In this document: piece after piece, positions 46,950 through 57,235 of the stretch
How the letters are laid out: each line of letters starts with the position of its first letter
How positions within the stretch are numbered: position 1 is the first letter of the stretch
Assembly: GCA_963770895.1 (NCBI GenBank)
Contig: CAVYRF010000001.1
Coordinates: forward strand, 2,016,001-2,080,000
DNA length: 64,000 nt
Origin: an uncultured Acidobacteriota bacterium
GTDB lineage: Bacteria > Acidobacteriota > Thermoanaerobaculia > Multivoradales > UBA5704
Direction of reading: 5' to 3'
Program-made: the position numbers and the translations under genes
The notes under the pieces: generated by a model
Told to the model about the DNA's origin: nothing
The model's database searches: none
The model's input: the letters and a program-made list of their open reading frames with translations, nothing else

Positions 46950-49013
46950 GTGTCAAATTCAGCGTTGGAAGAGGAACCGTCCGGGGACAAACCGGGCGAA
47001 ACGATGGTCGGCACGATCGAGGCCGGCCCTGAGGCAGTGCGCGGGCGCAGCCGGAGGCGATGGGTGGTACCGTTCGACCCCAAGCTGACGGTCGACCTGC
47101 TGGTGGACGGGGCGGCGGACGTGCCGGCCGGGCAGTTCGTGGTGGTCGCGGTGGAACGGCCGCGGCGGCGAGCCGGCAGCAAGGCGGCGGCGGCTCCGTC
47201 GGCGTCGGCAGGGGGAGCGGGGGCGGCGGCGGGGGAGCTGCGCGGGCGCCTGGTCGAAGTGCTGGGCGATCTGGAGACGCCAGGGGTCGATGCCACGGTG
47301 GTGCTGCGCCACTACGGCATTCCCGAAGCCTTCCCCGAAGAAGTGCTGGCGGCGGCGGCGGCCCTGCCCCAGGACCCGCCGGAAGCCGACTGGCGCGGGC
47401 GCCTGGACCTGCGCGACCGGGTGGTGGTGACGATCGACGGCGACAACGCGCGCGACTTCGACGACGCGGTGTCGGTCGAGCGCCGTCCGGACGGGTTGTA
47501 CCGCCTGGGGGTCCACATCGCCGACGTCTCCCACTACGTGACCGACGGCAGCCCGCTGGACCGCGAAGCCTACCGGCGCGGCACCAGCGTCTACTACCCC
47601 GAGCGCGTCATCCCGATGCTCCCCGAAGGCCTGTCCAACGGCCTCTGCTCGCTGCGGCCGGGGGTGCCGCGCCTGACGCTGTCGGCTTTTCTGGACGTCG
47701 ACAGCGACGGCCAGGTGCGGGGGCGGCACTTTGCCGAGACGGTGATCCGCAGCGCCCGGCGCCTGACCTACGACGAGGTGCGGCGGGTGCTCCAGGAGCC
47801 GCGTCCCGGCGACGACGCCGCATACGGGCCGGTCCTGGGCGCGCTGCGTGACCTGGGCGAGCTGGCGGCGGTGCTGCGCGGCGCGCGGGAGCGCCTCGGC
47901 TCGCTCGATTTCGACCTGCCCGAAGGCAACGTCGAGCTGGACACCGACGGCACCGTCGTGGGCATCCTGCCCCACGAGCGCAACGTCGCCCACCGCCTGA
48001 TCGAAGAGCTGATGGTCGCCGCCAACGAAGCCGTCGCCTACGAGCTGGCGCGGCGAGAGACCCCGGCGCTCTTTCGGGTGCACGACCCGCCCGCGCGCGA
48101 GCGACTGGAAGAGCTGGCCGAGCTGCTGCGGCCGTTGGGCATCGCCATCCAAGGCGACTTCGACGAGCTGCCGCCGGCGGCGCTGCAGGCGGTGCTGCAC
48201 CAGGCCGACCAGCGCCCCGACGGCGCGCTGCTGTCGGCGCTCGTGCTGCGCACCCAGCAGCGCGCCGTGTACAGCCCCGAGTGCCGCGGCCACTACGCGC
48301 TCGCGGCGCCGTTCTACACCCACTTCACCTCGCCCATCAGGCGCTATCCCGACCTGCTGGTACACCGGCGCCTGAAGCTGCTGCTGGCCGGGCGGCACGA
48401 TGCGGAGGCCGACCGCGAGCTGGCGGCGCGCCTGCCCGAGATCGCCGACCACTGCAGCGCCACGGAGCGCCGGGCCGAGCAGTCCGAGCGCGACCTGCTG
48501 CAGTGGAAGAAGGTGCGCTTCCTGGCCGGTCGCACCGGCGAAACCTTCGCCGGACACATCACCGGCGTACAGCCGTTCGGCCTCTTCGTGCAGCTCGACC
48601 AGTTCCACGTCGACGGCCTGGTGCCGATCCGCACCCTGGCCGACGACTTCTACGTCTACGAGCCGGAATCGCACCGCCTGGTGGGGGAGCGGCGGCGGCG
48701 CGTCTTCCAGCTCGCGGACCAGGTGGACATCGTCCTCACCGGGGCCGACCTGCGCCATCGCGGCCTGGACCTGGCGATCGCCGGCATGCCGGCGCCGCCG
48801 GAACGCGCGGGCGGCGGCGCGCGCCGTGGCAGCGGCGCAGCGGGCCGGAGTGGCGGGGGCGGGGGCGGGGGCGCAAAGCGCGGCGGTGGAGGAGCCAGCC
48901 GCGGCGGTGGAGGAGCCAGCCGCGGCGGTGGAGGAGCGAGCCGCGCCGGCGGCGGAGCGAGCAGCGCCGGCGGGGGTGCCGCCCCGCGCGGGCGGTCCAG
49001 GCGGCAGCCATGA
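46950..49013 (+). CDS. rnr: Ribonuclease R / RNB-domain exoribonuclease (start uncertain, alternative ATG 47003)
   Basis: VTIDGDNARDFDDA, HIADVSHYV, YTHFTSPIRRYPDL, C-terminal S1 domain, Gly/Arg tail. Confidence 0.9.
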   Translation: MSNSALEEEPSGDKPGETMVGTIEAGPEAVRGRSRRRWVVPFDPKLTVDLLVDGAADVPAGQFVVVAVERPRRRAGSKAAAAPSASAGGAGAAAGELRGRLVEVLGDLETPGVDATVVLRHYGIPEAFPEEVLAAAAALPQDPPEADWRGRLDLRDRVVVTIDGDNARDFDDAVSVERRPDGLYRLGVHIADVSHYVTDGSPLDREAYRRGTSVYYPERVIPMLPEGLSNGLCSLRPGVPRLTLSAFLDVDSDGQVRGRHFAETVIRSARRLTYDEVRRVLQEPRPGDDAAYGPVLGALRDLGELAAVLRGARERLGSLDFDLPEGNVELDTDGTVVGILPHERNVAHRLIEELMVAANEAVAYELARRETPALFRVHDPPARERLEELAELLRPLGIAIQGDFDELPPAALQAVLHQADQRPDGALLSALVLRTQQRAVYSPECRGHYALAAPFYTHFTSPIRRYPDLLVHRRLKLLLAGRHDAEADRELAARLPEIADHCSATERRAEQSERDLLQWKKVRFLAGRTGETFAGHITGVQPFGLFVQLDQFHVDGLVPIRTLADDFYVYEPESHRLVGERRRRVFQLADQVDIVLTGADLRHRGLDLAIAGMPAPPERAGGGARRGSGAAGRSGGGGGGGAKRGGGGASRGGGGASRGGGGASRAGGGASSAGGGAAPRGRSRRQP
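48879..48962 (+). repeat. 21-bp tandem repeat (4 units) encoding RGGGGAS
   Basis: CGCGGCGGTGGAGGAGCCAGC twice, then two variants. Confidence 0.85.
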
Positions 49014-50341
49014 GCCTGACTCCCACCGTGGCCATCGTCGGCAGGCCCAACGTCGGCAAGTCGACCCTGTTCAACCGGCTCCTGGGGCGCCGCCAGGCGA
49101 TCGTGCACGACCTGCCGGGGGTGACGCGCGACCGCATCACCGGCCTGGCCGAGATCGCCGACGAGCGCCACATCCAGATCATCGACACCGGCGGCCTGGT
49201 GGTGGGCGACGACCCGCTCGGTCTGTCGAAGCAGGTCTTCCTGGCGGTCGACGAAAGCGACCTGCTGATCTTCCTGGTCGACGGCCGCGACGGCCTGGTG
49301 GCCGCCGACCAGTCCGTATGGCAACGCCTGCGGCCCACCGGCAAGCCCGCCATCCTGGTGGTCAACAAGGGTGACACCCGCGAAGGGCGCAGCCGCTTCC
49401 CCGAGTTCTACAGCCTGGGCATCGACCCGCAGCTGCTCATCTCCGCCGAACACGGCTCGGGCATCGGCGAGCTGCGCGAAGCGCTCGCCCTGGCGCTGCC
49501 GCAGGTCGCCGCCGAACCGCGCCCCGACGCCCCTGCCATCGCCATCGTCGGCCGCCCCAACGTCGGCAAGTCGTCCCTGCTCAACTGCATCGCCGGCCAG
49601 CCGCGGGCGCTGGTCTCGCCGGTCGCCGGCACCACCCGCGACCCCCTGGACACCCTCATCCAGCGCGGCGACCGCTCCTACCTGCTCATCGACACCGCCG
49701 GCATCCGCCGCCGCAGCCAGATCTCGGGCGCCCCTGAAGAGCTGGCGGTGATGATGGCGCGCCGCCAGATCGAGCGCGCCGAGCTCGCCGTGCTGGTCAT
49801 CGACGCCACCCAGGGCGTCACCAGCGGCGACCTCGCCATCGCCGGCAGCATCTGGGAGCTGGGCCGCGCCGCCGTCCTGGCCATCAACAAGTGGGACCTC
49901 CTGGACGAAGAGTCGCGAGTGCGCCTGGAAAGCTCCCTGGAACGGCTCGAAGAGCACCTGGCGGCGCCCCTGCGCGTCAACGAATCGGCGCTCACCGGCC
50001 GCAACGTCGACAAGCTCTTTCCCGCCATCGACCGCGCCCTGGCCGGCTACCGCACCAAGCTCACCACCGGCGAAGTCAACCGCTTCTTCGCCGCGGCGCT
50101 GGAGCAGGTCGCCCCGCCCAACCTCGGCGGCCACCCCTGGAAGCTCTACTACGCCACCCAGGTCGCCAGCGAGCCCCCCACCTTCATGCTCTTCTGCAAT
50201 CGCCCCCTGCCCCGCAACCACCACTACCGCCGCTACCTGGAAAACCGCCTGCGCGAACACCTCGACGTCCCCGGCGTCCCCCTGCGCCTGGTCGTCCGCC
50301 GCCGCGCCACCGACGAAGCCAAGCGCCGGGGAGCCCGATGA
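49010..50341 (+). CDS. der: Ribosome biogenesis GTPase Der (EngA)
   Basis: Two GRPNVGKS P-loops, GVTRD/GTTRD, DTGG/DTAG, NKGD/NKWD, Y.RYLEN.LR; ATGA overlap with rnr. Confidence 0.96.
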   Translation: MSLTPTVAIVGRPNVGKSTLFNRLLGRRQAIVHDLPGVTRDRITGLAEIADERHIQIIDTGGLVVGDDPLGLSKQVFLAVDESDLLIFLVDGRDGLVAADQSVWQRLRPTGKPAILVVNKGDTREGRSRFPEFYSLGIDPQLLISAEHGSGIGELREALALALPQVAAEPRPDAPAIAIVGRPNVGKSSLLNCIAGQPRALVSPVAGTTRDPLDTLIQRGDRSYLLIDTAGIRRRSQISGAPEELAVMMARRQIERAELAVLVIDATQGVTSGDLAIAGSIWELGRAAVLAINKWDLLDEESRVRLESSLERLEEHLAAPLRVNESALTGRNVDKLFPAIDRALAGYRTKLTTGEVNRFFAAALEQVAPPNLGGHPWKLYYATQVASEPPTFMLFCNRPLPRNHHYRRYLENRLREHLDVPGVPLRLVVRRRATDEAKRRGAR

Positions 50342-50695
50342 ACCCACCCCGCCGCCCCGTCGGAGCCCCACCGGTCCCGGCTCCAGTAAGGCCAGCACGC
50401 AGCGGCGCCAGCGCCGGCGTGGAGGCGGCATGGCACCGATAGCCGGTCCGCGGCGCCGGCGCAGCCGCGTCGCCGCAGGCGATCAGAGCGGCATGCGGCG
50501 CATCGCCGACCGCCTGGCTCGCCGAATCGCGGGCGCCACCGGGAGGCCCGACAGGCCGTCGATCCACTCGCGCCCCGAACCGCGGTCGCACGCGAGAGCC
50601 CTGACCGCCACGGGGAAGGCAGTCCAATCGCGCGCGGAAGCCCTGACCTGCATGGGAGGCGGCCGAGAGGTGAGCCCAGGCGTCGCTTGCCGCAG

Positions 50696-50920
50696 GTCTC
50701 GCCGCATGGGGATGGCGGCCTGGGACAGCCTGGGCGCCGTTGCCCGCGAGTCTCGCCGCATGGGGATGGTGGCCGGGGACAGCCTGGGCGCCGTTGCCCG
50801 CGGGTGTCGCCGCATGGGGATGGTGGCCGGGGACAGCCTATGTGCTGTTCCCGGCAGGTCACACCGCACCGGCATGGCGGCCTGGGACAGCCTGGGCGCC
50901 GTTGCCCGCGGGTGTCGCCG
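50696..50920 (+). repeat. 54-bp tandem repeat (~4 units)
   Basis: CGCCGCATGGGGATGG...GACAGCCTGGGCGCCGTTGCCCGC units at 50700, 50754, 50808, 50862. Confidence 0.88.
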
Positions 50921-51737
50921 GCAGTGGATATGGCGCTTCGGCCTGCTCGCGATAGCCGGCATGCTGGCCTTTGGCGCGGGATGTCGGCGCGCCGACGATC
51001 GCGCTGCGATCCAGGATCGCCTGCGCACCAAGGGCAGCGCCGAAGTGGTGCGCGAGGCCGCCGCCGCGCAGCGCTACACGCCGCCCGCCAACGGCCGCCT
51101 GACCGAGGCCCAGGTCCGCATGTACCTCAAAGTGCGGGAGCGCGAAGACCGCATCCGCGAGGCCGCGGCACAGGAATCCCTGCGCCGGGACACACACGCC
51201 GACGCCGCCGGGCAACCGCCGGCAGGGGAGCGCACGCCGGAGTCGCCGGCAGACCGCGCGGCAGACCGTGCCGCGCCGGCGTCCGGCAGCGCCCCAAGCG
51301 GCGCCGACACCCCGCCCGCGGACTCGGGCCTGGCCGCGGCCGACCTGCGAGCCGCCCAGGAGCTGCACGTCAACCCGCGCGAATACTCCTGGGTGCGAGA
51401 ACGCGTGCTGGAAGCTCAGACCGCCGCCACCACCCTAGCCCTCTTCCAAAAGATGGCCGCCGGCCGCGAACAGCTCCTCACCCACATGCGGCGCGACCTG
51501 GAAGCCCAGACCGACCCCGCCAAGCGCGCCGCCGCCGCCCGCGACATCGAAGACTGGAAGCGAGGCCTGCAGTCCACCGAACCCACCGTCCCGCCCGCCG
51601 TCCGCGCCAACGTCGCCCTCCTGGCCCGCTTCCGCGAACCCCTGGCCCGCCTCGCCGTCCTGGAAGACCAAACCCTGGCCACCAGCGCCGGCCTGGAAAC
51701 CCCGCCCCCCGCCCCCACCCCCAAGCCAGCCCACTAA
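50874..51737 (+). CDS. Putative lipoprotein, unknown function (start uncertain within upstream repeats)
   Basis: RRQWIWRFGLLAIAGMLAFGAGC lipobox; helical body; codon bias is gene-like only from ~50930. Confidence 0.7.
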   Translation: MAAWDSLGAVARGCRRQWIWRFGLLAIAGMLAFGAGCRRADDRAAIQDRLRTKGSAEVVREAAAAQRYTPPANGRLTEAQVRMYLKVREREDRIREAAAQESLRRDTHADAAGQPPAGERTPESPADRAADRAAPASGSAPSGADTPPADSGLAAADLRAAQELHVNPREYSWVRERVLEAQTAATTLALFQKMAAGREQLLTHMRRDLEAQTDPAKRAAAARDIEDWKRGLQSTEPTVPPAVRANVALLARFREPLARLAVLEDQTLATSAGLETPPPAPTPKPAH

Positions 51738-52036
51738 AACTCGCCGCCCCGCAGCGGCTGAGAAGCCGCCCCTGCCTCCAAGTCAGCCCACAAACCCCGC
51801 TGGCCGCACCGGCCGGGAAACCGCTCCCCGCCGGGACCTCAAGCCAACCCACGAAACCCGTTGCCCGGCGCCGGCCTGGACACCGCCGCCCCCACCCCCA
51901 TCGCCAAGACAACCCATTGAAACCGCTGCCCGCATCGGCCGGGAAACCGCTCCCCCTCCCAATCCAAGGCGGCCCGTCAACACCCGCTGGTTCGCGCCGA
52001 TGGGGAAGCCGCACCTCGCCCCACAAGACTGCGCTA
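51690..52036 (+). repeat. Degenerate ~55-65-bp tandem array (5-6 units) derived from the lipoprotein 3' end
   Basis: Recurring GGCCnGGAAACCGC...CAAGnCAnCCCAC..AAAC.CGC; unit 4 reads GLDTAAPTPIAKTTH* versus the true end GLETPPPAPTPKPAH*. Confidence 0.65.
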
Positions 52037-52606
52037 GTGTTCTTCGAACACTTCGCGGACGGAGATCTCCAATCCGGGCAGGAGCGGCGTGGTCAGCGTG
52101 TCGTCGCTGGCCGCGAAAAGCTCGCCTGCCTCGCTGAAGCCCGGCCCCTCCAGCCGGCGGAGGATGCGGATCGCCTTGCGGCGCGGATCGACCAGCCAGT
52201 ACTCCGCGACGCCGCCCTCCTCATAGCGGCGACGCTTGAGCGTCTCGTCCCGGCGCCGGGTCGAGGGGGAGAGGATCTCGATCACCAGGTCGGGAGCACC
52301 CTGGATGTTGGGTTCCGTCAGGATCTGGCGGCGCTGGTTCGAGACGAACAGAATGTCGGGTTGGACGATGTCGTGCGCCGACAGCACCACGCCGATCGGC
52401 GGATACAGGACGCTCCCCAGCTTGTGCTCCCGCACGAACGTTGCTAGCAGAAGGAACAAGTTGGCGGAAATTTCTTGATGGAACACGACCGATGGAGGAG
52501 TCACGTAATGTACCCCGTCCAGGATCTCGTGGCGATCCCGATCGTCGGGGATCTGCACGAAATCCTGGTAGGTGAGCTTGCGGCGGCCGGTGCTGTGGAC
52601 TGCCAT
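52034..52606 (-). CDS. Uma2/DUF820 family PD-(D/E)XK-fold endonuclease
   Basis: RHEILDG, VQPDILFVS, APDLVIEILSPST, GVAEYWLVDP, LLPGL. Confidence 0.93.
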   Translation of the reverse strand: MAVHSTGRRKLTYQDFVQIPDDRDRHEILDGVHYVTPPSVVFHQEISANLFLLLATFVREHKLGSVLYPPIGVVLSAHDIVQPDILFVSNQRRQILTEPNIQGAPDLVIEILSPSTRRRDETLKRRRYEEGGVAEYWLVDPRRKAIRILRRLEGPGFSEAGELFAASDDTLTTPLLPGLEISVREVFEEH

Positions 52607-52789
52607 GGTTGCGTCTCCTCAAGGCTGTTCTGAAATCGTAGCACTGCGATTTTCCCCCGTCCGGCCCTCTCATAGAGATAGACGCAAACGAAGTCCGTTC
52701 CTGTGCATCGGCAGCGATCTTTTTCACGTGCGATCCGTAAAGCCTGCCGGAGAGATACGATCTCGGCTGGTGACCAGAGAGGTGCCGCG

Positions 52790-54109
52790 ATGGAAAGTCC
52801 CAAATCCGCAGACGCCCGGCTGCCCGCGCAGGCAGACCAGGGGGTAGACGACGGCCCGCTTCAAGCGGCGACGCGGGCAGGCGCAAAGGCCGACGCAGAC
52901 CGCGGCCTCCTTGAGGCGGCCACGCGGGCAGCCGGCGGGGAAGGCGACGCCCTCCTGGGTCGACGCTGGGCCACCGGCCTGGTCTGCTCGCGCACCGGTG
53001 CCGCGGCACCGCTCGACCAGCCCGCCTTCCTGTCACCCGCGGGGGCGCCGTGGCTGGTCCAGTACGACCTCGATCGCGAGCGCGGCCAGCAGCTGCGCCA
53101 GGCGCTTCCAGCCCGCCCCTGGTCGCTGTGGCGCTATCGCGAGCTGCTCCCCGTGGCGGATTTTGAGCGGCGCATCGACCTCGGCGAGGGCGCCACGCCC
53201 CTGCGCCGCCTGCATCGCACGCCCCTGGCCGGAGCCGACCTCTGGATCAAGGACGAAGCCCTCAATCCCACCGGCTCCTTCAAGGCGCGCGGCATGTCGC
53301 TGGCGGTCAACCGAGCCCGCGAGCTGGGCGCCCCCGGCGTGCAGCTGGCAAGCGCCGGCAACGCCGCCCTGGCCCTGACCGCCTACGCCGCCGCCGCCGG
53401 CCTGCCGGCGCGCGTCGCGCTGCCCGAAGACACCCCGCCGGGCATCGCCGCCCGCTGCCGCGACCACGGCGCCCAGGTCTACACCGCCCCCGGCACCCTG
53501 CTCGACGCCGCCCGCCAGCTCGAGGCCGCCGGCGGCGGGTACTGGAACCTGTCCACCCTGCGCGAGCCCTACCGCGCCGAAGGCAAGAAGACCATGGGCT
53601 TCGAGCTGGCCGAGCAGTTCCACTGGCGCCTCCCGGATTGGATCATCTACCCCCTGGGCGGCGGCACCGGCATCGTCGGCATGCACAAAGCCTTCGCCGA
53701 GCTGCGCCAGCTGGGGCTGGTGGGCGACGCCAGGCCCCACTTCGTCGCCGTCCAGATGGCCGGCTGCGCGCCCATCGTCCGCGCCTTCGAACAGGGCCAG
53801 ACCGTCGCCGCCCCCTGGGAAAACCCCCACACCAACGTCTGGGGCCTCCGCGTCCCCAAAGCCCTGGGCGACTTCCTGGTCCTGGCAGCCCTGCGTGAAT
53901 CCGACGGCCGCGCCGTCGCCGTCGAAGAATCCCGCCTCCCCGGCATCACCGCCACCGCCGCCCGCCAGGAGGGCCTCCGCCTGGGCCCCGAAGGCGCCGC
54001 CGCCCTGGCCGCCGCCCACGACCTCGCCGCCGCCGGCGCCTTCGCCGAAGGCGACCAGGTCGTGGTCTTCCAAACCGGCGACCCCGCCAACTACCTCTCT
54101 CCGCGGTAG
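52790..54109 (+). CDS. thrC: Threonine synthase-like PLP enzyme
   Basis: SLWRYRELLP, LGEGATPL, KDEALNPTGSFKARG, ASAGNA, EGKKTMGFE, YPLGGGTG; GAGGT RBS. Confidence 0.85.
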   Translation: MESPKSADARLPAQADQGVDDGPLQAATRAGAKADADRGLLEAATRAAGGEGDALLGRRWATGLVCSRTGAAAPLDQPAFLSPAGAPWLVQYDLDRERGQQLRQALPARPWSLWRYRELLPVADFERRIDLGEGATPLRRLHRTPLAGADLWIKDEALNPTGSFKARGMSLAVNRARELGAPGVQLASAGNAALALTAYAAAAGLPARVALPEDTPPGIAARCRDHGAQVYTAPGTLLDAARQLEAAGGGYWNLSTLREPYRAEGKKTMGFELAEQFHWRLPDWIIYPLGGGTGIVGMHKAFAELRQLGLVGDARPHFVAVQMAGCAPIVRAFEQGQTVAAPWENPHTNVWGLRVPKALGDFLVLAALRESDGRAVAVEESRLPGITATAARQEGLRLGPEGAAALAAAHDLAAAGAFAEGDQVVVFQTGDPANYLSPR

Positions 54110-54146
54110 GTCAAGTCAACCTGACGGTGACGAAGGGAGGTAAACG

Positions 54147-56585
54147 ATGCTGCGCGATCTGATCCAGGCCTGGCGCTCGTTGCGCCGCAGCAAGGAATAC
54201 GCCCTGGCGGCGATCCTGACGCTGGCGCTCGGGCTGGGGGCCAATGCGGCGATCTTCACCGCGGTGCTGGGGGCGGTGCTGCGGCCGCTGCCGCTGCCGG
54301 ATTCCGAGCGCCTGATGTGGGTGGGGCACGCGCACCGCGAAAGCGGCGTCGTCGCGGCCTTCTCGCCGCAGGATTTCGACGATCTGGCGCGCGCCACGAA
54401 CGGTCGCGTCTTCAGCGATATCGCGGACTACGCGTTCTTTCCGCGCCTGAGCGGCATGAACCTGACCGGCACCGGCGCGCCGCTGCGAGTGCCGGTGGCG
54501 AACGTCTCCGGTGCCTGGTTCCGCACCCTGGGAGCGGCGGCGGAGCTGGGGCGGGCGCTGCAGCCGGACGACGACCGCCTGGGCGGCGACCACGTGGTGG
54601 TGTTGAGCCACGCCCTGTGGCGCAGCCGCTTCGCCCACGATCGGGCGATCGTCGGGCGCAAGGTGGTGCTCGACGGCGAACCGTTCGTGATCGCCGGCGT
54701 CATGCCGGCGGGGTTCACCCTGCCGGACCGCCAGGTGGGCCTGTGGGCGCCGCTGTCGCTGGTGGGCGACGCCAAGGTGCCCCATCGCCGCGAAGTGCGC
54801 TGGCTTTCGGTCGTCGGCCGCCTGGCGCCAGGGGTGACGCAGCAGGCTGCCGCGGCGCACGTCGGGACGGTGCTGGCCAGCCTGGAGCGGCAGTTCCCGG
54901 ACAGCAACAAGGGCTGGGGCAGGGCGGCGCTGCGCCCGCTGCACGACGTGATCGTCGGCGACGTGCGCCCGCTGTTCACCGTGCTGGCCGCGGCGGCCGG
55001 CGCGGTGCTGCTGATCGTCTGCGTCAACCTGGCCAACCTGACTCTGGCGCGAGCGACGGGGCGCAGCCGCGAGATGGCGATCCGGGCGGCGGTCGGCGCC
55101 ACGCCGATGCGCCTGACGCGCCAGCTGATGGCCGAGAGCCTGGCCCTGGCACTGGCCGGCGGCGCGCTGGGGCTGCTGCTGGCGCACTGGGGGGTGGCGG
55201 CGCTGCGTGAGTCCGCCGCCGATTTCGTGCCGCGCGCGGGCGAAATGCGTCTGGACGGCATCGTGGCGGTGTTCACCCTGGCGCTGGCGCTCGCCGCCGG
55301 CATCGGCTTCGGCCTGGCGCCGGCGCTGTCGGCCGCCGCCTCCAGCCTGCGGGAGGCCCTGCAGCAGTTCGGCAGCGCTGCCGGCGCCGGCGGAACCCGG
55401 CGCCGGCGATCGGCCCGCAGCCTTGGGGGGAGCAGCCTGGTGGTGCTCGAAACCGCCCTGGCCACGGTGCTGCTGCTGGGCGCCAGCCTGCTGCTGCGCA
55501 GCTTCTGGCAGCTGCTGCACGTCGAACCCGGCTTCGACAGCGCCAGCGTGCTCAGCCTGAGCATCAGCGTTCCCGAGCGGGCGCTCAATCCCACCGACAA
55601 CGGCATGCGCTATGTCGACGCCATCCTGGACCGCCTGCGCGCCCTGCCCGGAGTGGTGGCGGCGGGCGCCAGCCACACCTTGCCCCTGGCCGGCGGCGCC
55701 GATACCTACAAGTTCACCACCGAAGGCGACGCGTCCCCCCGCGAGGTGATGCCGGCCGGAGGGGTGCTGACCGCCACGTCCGGCTACTTCCGCGCGCTCG
55801 GCATTCCGCTCGTCGTCGGGCGCGACTTCGACCGCCGCGACGACGACGGCAAGGCGCCGCCGGCGATCGTCGTCAACCAGGCGCTGGCGCGCCAGCTGTG
55901 GCCCGGCCAGAGCCCGCTCGGCAGGCGGCTGCGCAGCGGCGAGCTGAGCATGCAGATCGTCGGCGTGGTCGCCGACGTGCACAACGACGGTCTGGCCAAG
56001 CCGGTCGCGCCGGCGGTCTACGGGCCGCCCTTCCTGTTCACGCGCTCGACCCTGAAGCTGTTCGTGCGCACCGTCGGAGCCCCGCTGGCCACCCTGGGGG
56101 CGGCGCGGCGCGCGATCTGGGACGTCGACCACGATCTGCCGATCGCCGAGGAGGTCACCATGCAGGACGTGGTGGATTCCAGCGTCGCCCTGCCGCGGCT
56201 GCTGAGCTGGCTGGTGGGCGCCTTCGGCGGCCTGGCGGCGCTGCTCGCCGCCCTGGGCACCTACGGCGTGATCGCCTACGGCGTGCGCCGCCGCACGCGC
56301 GAGATCGGCGTGCGCATGGCGCTCGGCGCCGACCGTACCGGCGTCATCGGCCTGGTGGTGCGCCAGGGGCTGGGGCTGTGTCTGTGCGGCCTCGCCTGCG
56401 GCCTGCTGGCCGGCCTTGCCGGCGCGCCGCTCCTGGGCAGCCTGCTTTTCCAGGTGAAGCCGTTCGATCCGGTCGCCTGTGCCGCCGCGGCGCTGGTCGT
56501 CGTCGCCTCCGCGCTGGCCGCCAGCTATTTCCCGGCGCGCGAGGCGGCGAGCGTCGACCCGCTGCTGGCGATCCGCAGCGAGTGA
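54147..56585 (+). CDS. ABC transporter permease, ADOP/MacB-like duplicated type
   Basis: LTLALGLGANAAIF, LLIVCVNLANL, REMAIRAAVGA, RTREIGVRMALGA, VDPLLAIRSE. Confidence 0.93.
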   Translation: MLRDLIQAWRSLRRSKEYALAAILTLALGLGANAAIFTAVLGAVLRPLPLPDSERLMWVGHAHRESGVVAAFSPQDFDDLARATNGRVFSDIADYAFFPRLSGMNLTGTGAPLRVPVANVSGAWFRTLGAAAELGRALQPDDDRLGGDHVVVLSHALWRSRFAHDRAIVGRKVVLDGEPFVIAGVMPAGFTLPDRQVGLWAPLSLVGDAKVPHRREVRWLSVVGRLAPGVTQQAAAAHVGTVLASLERQFPDSNKGWGRAALRPLHDVIVGDVRPLFTVLAAAAGAVLLIVCVNLANLTLARATGRSREMAIRAAVGATPMRLTRQLMAESLALALAGGALGLLLAHWGVAALRESAADFVPRAGEMRLDGIVAVFTLALALAAGIGFGLAPALSAAASSLREALQQFGSAAGAGGTRRRRSARSLGGSSLVVLETALATVLLLGASLLLRSFWQLLHVEPGFDSASVLSLSISVPERALNPTDNGMRYVDAILDRLRALPGVVAAGASHTLPLAGGADTYKFTTEGDASPREVMPAGGVLTATSGYFRALGIPLVVGRDFDRRDDDGKAPPAIVVNQALARQLWPGQSPLGRRLRSGELSMQIVGVVADVHNDGLAKPVAPAVYGPPFLFTRSTLKLFVRTVGAPLATLGAARRAIWDVDHDLPIAEEVTMQDVVDSSVALPRLLSWLVGAFGGLAALLAALGTYGVIAYGVRRRTREIGVRMALGADRTGVIGLVVRQGLGLCLCGLACGLLAGLAGAPLLGSLLFQVKPFDPVACAAAALVVVASALAASYFPAREAASVDPLLAIRSE

Positions 56586-56600
56586 AAGCCACCCCTCCTC

Positions 56601-57140
56601 ATGGCCCTCACCGCGACCGTCTACAACTTCGACGTCGAGCTCGCCGACAGCGACCGCGCCGTCTACGAAAGCCTGGCGCTGCGTCTGGCGCTCCACCCTT
56701 CCGAGTCGATCGACTACCTGTGGACGCGCACCCTCGCGTACTGCCTGGAATACGAGCCGGGGCTTGAGTTCTCGCGCGGCATCTCGGCCGGCGACGAGCC
56801 CGCCATCTGGTCGCACGACGCGGCAGGCGCCATCAAGAGCTGGATCGAAGTCGGCACGCCGGACGCCCCGCGCCTGCACAAGGCGGCCAAGGCGGCGCAG
56901 CGCGTCGCCGTCTACACCCACCGCGAAGCGGCGGCGCTGCGCCAGCTCGCCGGCAAGCCGATCCACCGCGCCGCCGAGATCCCCCTCTACGCCTTCAGCC
57001 GCCAGGCGCTCAGCGAGCTCGAAGCGCTCCTGGACCGCCGCCTGCGCATCCAGCTCGTCGTCTCCGGCGGCCAGCTCTACATCGACGTCGCCGGCCGCCA
57101 GATCATCGCCGGCGTCACCGAGCACCGCCTGGACGGCTGA
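56601..57140 (+). CDS. yaeQ: YaeQ family protein
   Basis: MALTATVY, LALHPSE, DEPAIW, WIEVGTPD...LHKA. Confidence 0.9.
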   Translation: MALTATVYNFDVELADSDRAVYESLALRLALHPSESIDYLWTRTLAYCLEYEPGLEFSRGISAGDEPAIWSHDAAGAIKSWIEVGTPDAPRLHKAAKAAQRVAVYTHREAAALRQLAGKPIHRAAEIPLYAFSRQALSELEALLDRRLRIQLVVSGGQLYIDVAGRQIIAGVTEHRLDG

Positions 57141-57235
57141 CCTGCCGCCGTCGCAGCCGTGACACCATGCAATCGGCCGGGGCCACCCAGGGCCGGCCGG
57201 CCGCGTCCACGCAGGCACCTGATCGGAGCCGAGCC

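Noticed and set aside
52620-52789. Riboswitch or attenuator upstream of thrC
   Set aside because: Some pairing potential (CGGCAG/CTGCCG), but no recognisable SAM, lysine or T-box consensus and no Thr-rich leader; needs an Rfam scan.
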